From contig NZ_LN831024.1 in assembly GCF_001457615.1 (NCBI RefSeq), positions 5,820,001 to 5,852,000 on the forward strand: a stretch of 32,000 bases of DNA, in the 5' to 3' direction. Numbering within the stretch: position 1 is the first letter of the stretch; the number at the start of each line of letters is the position of its first letter. The notes beneath the pieces were generated by a model that ran no database searches, was not told the origin of the DNA, and saw only the letters and a program-made list of their open reading frames with translations. Made by a program: the position numbers and the translations under genes. Source of the DNA: Pseudomonas aeruginosa. GTDB taxonomy: Bacteria; Pseudomonadota; Gammaproteobacteria; Pseudomonadales; Pseudomonadaceae. Positions 26,374 to 32,000 of this stretch are shown here, in pieces.

Positions 26374-26646
26374 ATGAGCCGCACCGTGATGTGCCGCAAG
26401 TACCACGAAGAGCTGCCCGGCCTCGACCGCCCGCCGTATCCTGGCGCGAAGGGCGAGGACATCTACAACAACGTGTCGCGCAAGGCCTGGGACGAGTGGC
26501 AGAAGCACCAGACCATGCTGATCAACGAGCGTCGCCTGAACATGATGAACGCCGAGGACCGCAAGTTCCTCCAGCAGGAGATGGACAAGTTCCTCTCCGG
26601 CGAGGACTACGCCAAGGCCGACGGCTACGTGCCGCCATCCGCCTGA
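26374..26646 (+). CDS. yggX: Fe(2+)-trafficking / oxidative damage protection protein YggX
   Basis: 90 aa. [24 protein letters not shown]...INERRLN is the canonical YggX sequence. It forms the conserved mutY-yggX pair. Confidence 0.9.
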   Translation: MSRTVMCRKYHEELPGLDRPPYPGAKGEDIYNNVSRKAWDEWQKHQTMLINERRLNMMNAEDRKFLQQEMDKFLSGEDYAKADGYVPPSA

Positions 26647-26673
26647 CCCCCACCCCGCCCGACGGAGGCCGCC

Positions 26674-27756
26674 ATGACCCCATCCCTCTCTGGCCTGCCT
26701 CCGATCCGCACCGCGCTGATCGGCTACGGCTTCGCCGGCAAGACCTTCCACGCCCCGCTGATCCGCGCGGTACCGGCGTTGTGCCTGGAGCACGTGGTCT
26801 CCCGCGACCCTGGGCGGGTGCACGCCGACCTGCCCGAAGCCCGGGTCAGCGCCGATCCGGATGAGGCCATCGAGGCCGCCGACATCGACCTGGTGGTCAT
26901 CGCCTCGCCCAATGCCACCCACGCCAGCCTCGCCGAACGGGCCTTGCGCGCCGGCAAGCACGTGGTGGTGGACAAGCCGTTCACCGTCACCCTGGCCGAA
27001 GCCCGGCGCCTCGCCGACCTCGCCCGTGAACGGCCTGGGCAGGTCCTCTCGGTGTTCCAGAACCGGCGCTTCGACAGCGACTTCCTCGCCGTGGAGGCCG
27101 CCCTGCAGGCCGGCAGCATCGGCCCGGTGCGCTACTTCGAGTCGGCCATCGAGCGCTTCCGTCCGCAGGTCCGCGACCGCTGGCGCGAACACGACCTGCC
27201 CGGCTCCGGGCTGTGGTTCGACCTCGGCCCGCACCTGCTCGACCAGGCACTGTGCCTGTTCGGCGTACCGCAGCGTGTGCACGGACACCTGCGCCGGCTG
27301 CGCGAGGGCGCGCTGACCGACGACTGGTTCGAGGTCCTGCTCGATTATCCGCACTGCCAGGTAGCGCTGCGCGCCAGCATGCTCGCCGCCAATCCGGCGC
27401 CACGCTTCAATGTGCACGGCGACCACGGCAGCCTGCTCAAGGCCGGCGCCGACATCCAGGAAGCGCAACTGCTCCAGGGACTGCACCCCGGTTCCGCCGG
27501 CTGGGGCCGCGATCCCGACCTGCTGCAGCACATCGATGGCCAGGGCCTGCGCCAGTCGCTGGTCACCCCGGCCGGCGACCAGAGCCGCTACTACCAGGCG
27601 CTGGCCGCCGCCATCCGCGGCCAGTCGCGCAACCCGGTGTCGGCGCAACAGGCCTGCGCGCTGATGGCCCTGCTGGAGTTGGCACGACGCTCCGCCGAGG
27701 AAGGCCGGAGCCTGCCGGTGGAGCTGCGCGACGAGGAACGCCAGGCCTGGAACTGA
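26674..27756 (+). CDS. Gfo/Idh/MocA family oxidoreductase
   Basis: 360 aa. It has an N-terminal Rossmann fold (IRTALIGYGFAGKTFHAP) and VVVDKPF in place of the EKP motif. The C-terminal alpha/beta domain is typical of YdgJ/YhhX-like proteins. Confidence 0.8.
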   Translation: MTPSLSGLPPIRTALIGYGFAGKTFHAPLIRAVPALCLEHVVSRDPGRVHADLPEARVSADPDEAIEAADIDLVVIASPNATHASLAERALRAGKHVVVDKPFTVTLAEARRLADLARERPGQVLSVFQNRRFDSDFLAVEAALQAGSIGPVRYFESAIERFRPQVRDRWREHDLPGSGLWFDLGPHLLDQALCLFGVPQRVHGHLRRLREGALTDDWFEVLLDYPHCQVALRASMLAANPAPRFNVHGDHGSLLKAGADIQEAQLLQGLHPGSAGWGRDPDLLQHIDGQGLRQSLVTPAGDQSRYYQALAAAIRGQSRNPVSAQQACALMALLELARRSAEEGRSLPVELRDEERQAWN

Positions 27757-27798
27757 GGCCCGGCAGTCCGGCGGAAACCGCGAGGGGATCGTAAGGCG

Positions 27799-27858
27799 TT
27801 AAAAAACAAAAAAAATTTCTTCGCCGGTGTTGACACTGCCGCGCTAAACCCGTTTAAT
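27799..27858 (+). promoter_or_regulatory. Strong sigma-70 promoter with UP element for tRNA-Phe
   Basis: A consensus -35 TTGACA (27830-27835) is separated by 17 bp from -10 TTTAAT (27853-27858). An A/T-rich UP-like tract ttaaaaaacaaaaaaaattt lies at 27799-27818. A GC-rich discriminator tgcgcccc precedes the tRNA. Confidence 0.7.
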
Positions 27859-27869
27859 TGCGCCCCGTT

Positions 27870-27945
27870 GCCCAGGTAGCTCAGTTGGTAGAGCAGGGGA
27901 TTGAAAATCCCCGTGTCGGCGGTTCGATTCCGTCCCTGGGCACCA
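27870..27945 (+). tRNA. tRNA-Phe (anticodon GAA), CCA encoded
   Basis: The 76-nt cloverleaf was folded by hand. The acceptor stem is gcccagg/cctgggc, the D-arm gctc/gagc, and the anticodon stem gggga/tcccc with loop ttGAAaa. The T-arm is ggcgg-ttcgatt-ccgtc, and the molecule ends in a 3' CCA. Confidence 0.95.
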
Positions 27946-27956
27946 TGAATACGACG

Positions 27957-27985
27957 AAAAGGCTCACCTCCGGGTGGGCCTTTTT
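27957..27985. terminator. Bidirectional terminator between tRNA-Phe and the convergent SDR gene
   Basis: aaaaGGCTCACCtccgGGTGGGCCttttt is an 8-bp stem with one G.U pair, flanked by an A4 run and a T5 run. Confidence 0.8.
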
Positions 27986-28001
27986 GCTTTCCGCCGTTCG
28001 C

Positions 28002-28739
28002 CTAGACGTGCTGCCCGCCGTTGACGTGGATTTCCGCGCCATTCACGTAGGATGCGCCGCTGGTGCAGAGGAAGTAGATCAGCGAAGCGATCTCCTCCGG
28101 CCGGCCGAGGCGGTGCAGCGGGATGCTGCGCTCGACGATCTCCTCGGTGCCCGGCGACAGGATCGAGGTGTCGATCTCCCCCGGCGCGATGGCGTTCACC
28201 CGCACCCCATGCGGGCCGAAGTCGTGGGCCATCTCGCGGGTCAGCGCGGACAACGCCGCCTTGGAAGTGGCGTAGGCCACCCCGGCGAACGGATGCACCT
28301 TCGAGCCGGCGATGGAGGTCACGTTGATCACCGTTCCCTGCGCCGCCTTCAGCTCGGCGAACAGGCCGCGCGCCAGCAGCGCGGTGGAGAACAGGTTGAC
28401 GTTGAACACCCGCAGCCAGGTGGCGTAGTCGGTTTCCAGCACACCGAGGCGCTCGCCGCCTTCGCCCTTGGGCGAGATGCCGGCATTGTCCACCAGCGCG
28501 TGGAGCCGGCCGTCGCCAAGCTTCTCGCGGATCAGTTCCAGGCTGGCCTCGACGCCGGGAATGTCCTCCAGGTCCAGATGGATGTGGTTTTCCTCGCCGT
28601 CCGCCCAGGGACATTCGCTGGCCCAGCTCTGCCGCGACGCGGTGAACACCCGCCAACCCGCGGCATTGAAGTACTTCACCGTGGCATGCCCGATACCGCG
28701 GCTCGCCCCGGTCAGCAACAGGGTCTTTCTCTCCGCCAT
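28002..28739 (-). CDS. Short-chain dehydrogenase/reductase (classical SDR)
   Basis: ORF 28002..28781 trimmed to MAERKTLLLTGASRGIGHAT (TGxxxGIG), with GGAGGG upstream. It has DNAG and the catalytic YATSK. Confidence 0.85.
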   Translation of the reverse strand: MAERKTLLLTGASRGIGHATVKYFNAAGWRVFTASRQSWASECPWADGEENHIHLDLEDIPGVEASLELIREKLGDGRLHALVDNAGISPKGEGGERLGVLETDYATWLRVFNVNLFSTALLARGLFAELKAAQGTVINVTSIAGSKVHPFAGVAYATSKAALSALTREMAHDFGPHGVRVNAIAPGEIDTSILSPGTEEIVERSIPLHRLGRPEEIASLIYFLCTSGASYVNGAEIHVNGGQHV

Positions 28740-28897
28740 ACGCCCTCCGTGAAGGCCTGCTGGAATGAACGCGACTCGCACAGCCTACAAGGAATGACGA
28801 ATCGCCGCGGCGGATCTTTCGCCCATCCCGGCGAACGGCCGAGCGTGAGCCAGGCAGTGCCGATAGACTAGGCGGACCTTGTCCGGACCCCCGATCG

Positions 28898-29587
28898 ATG
28901 CTGAAGAAAAGCTTCAACTCCCTGCTCACCACCTGGCTCGCCGGCCTGCTGGTGATGCTGCCGCTGGTACTCACCCTAGCCTTGCTGGCCTGGGTGGTCA
29001 GCTTGCTGAACCGCTTCGTCGGGCCATCCAGCCTGATCGGTCGCGGCTTCGCCGCCATCGGCCAGCCGCTCGCCGGCGATTCGCCACTGGCCTACCTGCT
29101 CGGTACCGCGCTACTGCTGGTAGCCATCTACCTGCTTGGCCTCGGCGTACAGCTAGGCCTGAAGCGGCCGCTGGCCAACCTGTTCGACCTGACCCTGCGG
29201 CGCACCCCGCTGATCGGCAACCTGTACAACCTGGCCGACCGTTTCGTCGGCCTGCTGGACAAGAAGCAGGACGCCGACATCGCCGCGATGAGTCCGGTGT
29301 GGTGTTTCTTCGGCGGCGACGGCGCCGCCGTGCTGGCGCTGATGCCCAACCCCGAAGCGGTGGAACTGGACGGCCGCGCGCACTACGCGATCCTGGTGCC
29401 GACCGCGCCGATCCCGGTGGGCGGCGGCCTGCTCTACGTTCCGGTGGAATGGGTGAAACCGGCACAGATCGGCATGGACACCTTCACCAGCATCTATGTG
29501 TCGATGGGCATCACCCCACCGCCGCCGCTGGCCGCCGCCAAGGTGCTGGCGGAGCCGCGCGCGGAGCAGCCGCCGGCGGCTCCATAG
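28898..29587 (+). CDS. DUF502 domain membrane protein
   Basis: 229 aa with two N-terminal TM helices. The conserved block ILVPTAPIPVGGGLLYVPVEWV...YVSMG is typical of DUF502. Confidence 0.7.
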   Translation: MLKKSFNSLLTTWLAGLLVMLPLVLTLALLAWVVSLLNRFVGPSSLIGRGFAAIGQPLAGDSPLAYLLGTALLLVAIYLLGLGVQLGLKRPLANLFDLTLRRTPLIGNLYNLADRFVGLLDKKQDADIAAMSPVWCFFGGDGAAVLALMPNPEAVELDGRAHYAILVPTAPIPVGGGLLYVPVEWVKPAQIGMDTFTSIYVSMGITPPPPLAAAKVLAEPRAEQPPAAP

Positions 29588-29677
29588 GCGGTCCCGCATG
29601 CCCGGGAACGGGGCGCGCACCGACCTCCAGGCTCTGCTTCAGGTCAGGGTTCGCCAGGAGTTTTCTTCGAAAGCCGA

Positions 29678-29719
29678 CAGTTTTGTTCCTACGCGACAGC
29701 GCACTGCAGCGATGCGACA
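29678..29719 (-). promoter_or_regulatory. Candidate ArgR (AraC-type arginine regulator) operator: two direct 21-bp half-sites
   Basis: The minus strand reads TGTCGCatcgctgcAGtgcgc TGTCGCgtaggaacAAaactg. This is two tandem TGTCGC-N8-AA-N5 units with only one deviation (AG for AA). It lies in the intergenic region upstream of a basic-amino-acid-type ABC operon. Confidence 0.5.
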
Positions 29720-29835
29720 AGATGCCGCCAACCCCGCTCCAGAGGCACGCAGCCTGCTTGGCTCCGGTTGAAGCGCTGTGCTAGCTTGCCTTCGCCAGGA
29801 AGGCCCTTCCAATCCGAATAACAAGAGGAAAATCC

Positions 29836-30609
29836 ATGGCCGAGGCCACCCCCGCACTGGAAATCCGTAACCTGCACAAGCGCTACGGCGACCTCGAAGT
29901 GCTCAAGGGCATCTCCCTCACCGCCCGCGACGGCGACGTGATCTCCATCCTCGGATCGTCCGGCTCGGGCAAATCCACCTTCCTGCGCTGCATCAACCTG
30001 CTGGAGAACCCGCACCAGGGCCAGATCCTGGTCTCCGGCGAAGAGCTGCGCCTGAAGAAGAGCAAGAACGGCGACCTGGTCGCCGCCGACAGCCAGCAGA
30101 TCAACCGGCTGCGCAGCGAACTCGGTTTCGTCTTCCAGAATTTCAACCTGTGGCCGCACATGAGCATCCTCGACAACGTGATCGAGGCGCCACGTCGCGT
30201 ACTGGGCAAGAGCAAGGCCGAAGCGATCGAGATCGCCGAGGGCCTGCTGGCCAAGGTCGGCATCGCCGACAAGCGCCACAGCTATCCCGCGCAACTTTCC
30301 GGCGGCCAGCAGCAGCGCGCGGCCATCGCCCGGACCCTGGCCATGCAACCCAAGGTGATCCTGTTCGACGAGCCCACCTCGGCGCTCGACCCGGAAATGG
30401 TACAGGAAGTGCTTAACGTGATCCGTGCGCTCGCCGAAGAGGGCCGGACCATGCTGCTGGTCACTCACGAAATGAGCTTCGCCCGCCAGGTTTCCAGCGA
30501 GGTGGTATTCCTCCACCAGGGCCTGGTAGAAGAGCAGGGAACGCCGCAACAGGTTTTCGAAAACCCCCAGTCGGCGCGCTGCAAACAGTTCATGTCCAGC
30601 CACCGCTAA
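29836..30609 (+). CDS. Polar amino acid ABC transporter ATP-binding protein (HisP/ArtP-like)
   Basis: 257 aa with Walker [10 protein letters not shown], signature LSGGQQQR, Walker [12 protein letters not shown] and an H-loop VTHEM. AGAGGA lies upstream. Confidence 0.9.
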   Translation: MAEATPALEIRNLHKRYGDLEVLKGISLTARDGDVISILGSSGSGKSTFLRCINLLENPHQGQILVSGEELRLKKSKNGDLVAADSQQINRLRSELGFVFQNFNLWPHMSILDNVIEAPRRVLGKSKAEAIEIAEGLLAKVGIADKRHSYPAQLSGGQQQRAAIARTLAMQPKVILFDEPTSALDPEMVQEVLNVIRALAEEGRTMLLVTHEMSFARQVSSEVVFLHQGLVEEQGTPQQVFENPQSARCKQFMSSHR

Positions 30610-30623
30610 CGGAGCAACACCGC

Positions 30624-31376
30624 ATGAAGAACTATAAGAAGATCCTGCTGGCCGCCGCTGCAACCCTGGCCTTCGCCCTCGACGCCAGCGCCGCCGACAA
30701 GCTGCGCATCGGCACCGAAGGCGCCTACCCGCCCTTCAACGGCATCGATGCCAGCGGCCAGGCGGTCGGCTTCGACCTCGACATCGGCAAGGCGCTGTGC
30801 GCCAAGATGAAGACCGAGTGCGAGGTGGTGACCTCCGACTGGGACGGCATCATCCCGGCGTTGAACGCCAAGAAGTTCGACTTCATCGTCGCGTCCATGT
30901 CGATCACCGACGAGCGCAAGCAGGCAGTCGACTTCACCGATCCCTACTACACCAACAAGCTGCAGTTCGTCGCGCCGAAGAGCGTCGACTTCAAGACCGA
31001 CAAGGACTCCCTGAAGGGCAAGGTGATCGGCGCCCAGCGCGCCACCATCGCCGGCACCTGGCTGGAAGACAACATGGCCGACGTGGTCACCATCAAGCTC
31101 TACGACACCCAGGAGAACGCCTACCTCGACCTCTCCTCGGGGCGCCTGGACGGCGTGCTGGCCGACAAGTTCGTGCAGTACGACTGGCTGAAGAGCGACG
31201 CCGGCAAGGAGTTCGAGTTCAAGGGCGAACCGGTGTTCGACAACGACAAGATCGGTATCGCCGTGCGCAAGGGCGACCCGCTGCGCGAGAAGCTCAACGC
31301 CGCGCTGAAGGAAATCGTCGCCGACGGTACCTACAAGAAGATCAACGACAAGTACTTCCCCTTCAGCATCTATTGA
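30624..31376 (+). CDS. Periplasmic lysine/arginine/ornithine/histidine-type binding protein
   Basis: 250 aa. Signal peptide MKNYKKILLAAAATLAFALDASA is followed by LRIGTEGAYPPFN, WDGIIPALNAKKFDFIVASMSITDERK and DFTDPYY, typical of the HisJ/ArgT/LAO family. Confidence 0.9.
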   Translation: MKNYKKILLAAAATLAFALDASAADKLRIGTEGAYPPFNGIDASGQAVGFDLDIGKALCAKMKTECEVVTSDWDGIIPALNAKKFDFIVASMSITDERKQAVDFTDPYYTNKLQFVAPKSVDFKTDKDSLKGKVIGAQRATIAGTWLEDNMADVVTIKLYDTQENAYLDLSSGRLDGVLADKFVQYDWLKSDAGKEFEFKGEPVFDNDKIGIAVRKGDPLREKLNAALKEIVADGTYKKINDKYFPFSIY

Positions 31377-31386
31377 TGCCAAGCCA

Positions 31387-31417
31387 GGCCACCGCCGGGC
31401 GCGTCCCGGCGGTGGCC
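31387..31417 (+). other. Intercistronic perfect 13-bp stem-loop between the binding-protein and permease genes
   Basis: GGCCACCGCCGGGcgcgtCCCGGCGGTGGCC has no following T-run. It lies 10 nt after the binding-protein stop and 20 nt before the permease ATG. Confidence 0.8.
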
Positions 31418-31437
31418 GCCTTCAGGCCTGACTTCTC

Positions 31438-32000
31438 ATGATTCTCGACCTGCATGGGTTCGGCGAGCAACTGCTCGCCGGTACCTGGATGACCCTCAAG
31501 CTGTCGCTGGCGGCGGTCTGCGTGGGGCTGTTGCTCGGCCTCCTCGGCGCCATCGCGAAGACTTCGAAGTACGCGGCCCTGCGTTTCCTCGGCGGCACCT
31601 ACACCACCATCGTCCGTGGCGTGCCGGAAACGCTCTGGGTACTGATGATCTATTTCGGCACGGTGAGCGGCCTGAACGCCCTCGGCGACCTTTTCGGCAA
31701 GCCGGACCTGGCGCTCTCGCCGTTCGCCGCCGGCACCCTGGCCCTCGGCCTGTGCTTCGGCGCCTACGCCACCGAGGTGTTCCGCGGCGCGCTGTTGTCC
31801 ATTCCGCGCGGCCATCGCGAGGCCGGCCAGGCGCTCGGCCTGTCGCCCGGACGGATATTCTGGCGCATCGTCCTGCCGCAGATCTGGCGGGTCGCCCTGC
31901 CCGGCCTCGGCAACCTGTACCTGATCCTGCTGAAGGACACCGCGCTGGTGTCGCTGATCACCCTCGACGAGATCATGCGCAAGGCGCAGGTCGCCTCCAA
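31438..32000 (+). CDS. Amino acid ABC transporter permease (HisQ-like), truncated by the right window edge
   Basis: This was translated by hand from ATG 31438 and is not in the ORF track because it has no stop. The sequence is MILDLHGFGEQLLAGTWMTLKLSLAAVCVGLLLGLLGAIAK...TEVFRGALLSIPRGHREAGQALGLSPGRIFWRIVLPQ, which contains the EAA-type permease loop. The frame stays open to the window end. Confidence 0.85.
   Translation, partial: MILDLHGFGEQLLAGTWMTLKLSLAAVCVGLLLGLLGAIAKTSKYAALRFLGGTYTTIVRGVPETLWVLMIYFGTVSGLNALGDLFGKPDLALSPFAAGTLALGLCFGAYATEVFRGALLSIPRGHREAGQALGLSPGRIFWRIVLPQIWRVALPGLGNLYLILLKDTALVSLITLDEIMRKAQVAS

Noticed and set aside
25062-27648. Two long minus-strand ORFs (25062..26462 and 26287..27648) opposite mutY, yggX and the Gfo/Idh/MocA gene
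   Set aside because: They are antisense to canonical MutY and YggX sequences. They are low-complexity and have no recognisable family features.
27870-28001. tRNA-Phe as an attachment site carrying a genomic island
   Set aside because: The tRNA is followed immediately by a terminator and conserved-looking housekeeping-type genes (SDR, DUF502, ABC operon). I noticed no integrase, no direct repeat of the tRNA 3' end and no compositional shift.
27858-28871. 337-aa plus-strand ORF that begins inside tRNA-Phe and runs antisense to the SDR gene
   Set aside because: It overlaps a structurally perfect tRNA and a terminator, and it is antisense to a gene with the TGxxxGIG and YxxxK motifs. It is spurious.

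Overview
High-GC (roughly two-thirds G+C by eye) gamma-proteobacterial core chromosome. Gene content and order match the Pseudomonas aeruginosa PAO1 region PA5121-PA5154, an assignment made from memory and not searched. Left to right: two tandem DUF4124 periplasmic paralogs; ntrB-ntrC; an ORF-poor gap holding a sigma-54 promoter and a three-fold repeated stem-loop RNA that matches the nitrogen-regulated sRNA NrsZ; a small membrane protein; trmL; secB-grxC-rhodanese (minus strand); gpmI; a cell-envelope cluster (CPBP protease, EnvC-like degenerate LytM factor, CtpA protease, YibQ-like deacetylase, BNR/Asp-box protein); three tandem paralogous orphan periplasmic solute-binding proteins; hisB-hisH-DUF2164-hisA-hisF (minus strand); a GNAT; a small HhH protein coupled to an FAD oxidoreductase; an AsmA-family protein; mutY-yggX; a Gfo/Idh/MocA oxidoreductase; tRNA-Phe; an SDR; a DUF502 membrane protein; and the start of a basic-amino-acid-type ABC transporter operon. 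There is no CRISPR array, transposase, integrase, prophage or recognisable defence system, so this is an ordinary core region. The most interesting signals are regulatory or non-coding. They are the NrsZ-type triple repeat with its RpoN promoter, a perfect NtrC-type palindrome plus a -24/-12 element upstream of ntrB, a tandem ArgR-type operator (and a possible -24/-12 element) upstream of the ABC operon, and REP-type palindromes. Among the coding genes, the orphan SBP triplet stands out. Many long ORFs in the track are antisense or out-of-frame shadow ORFs typical of high-GC DNA and were rejected.
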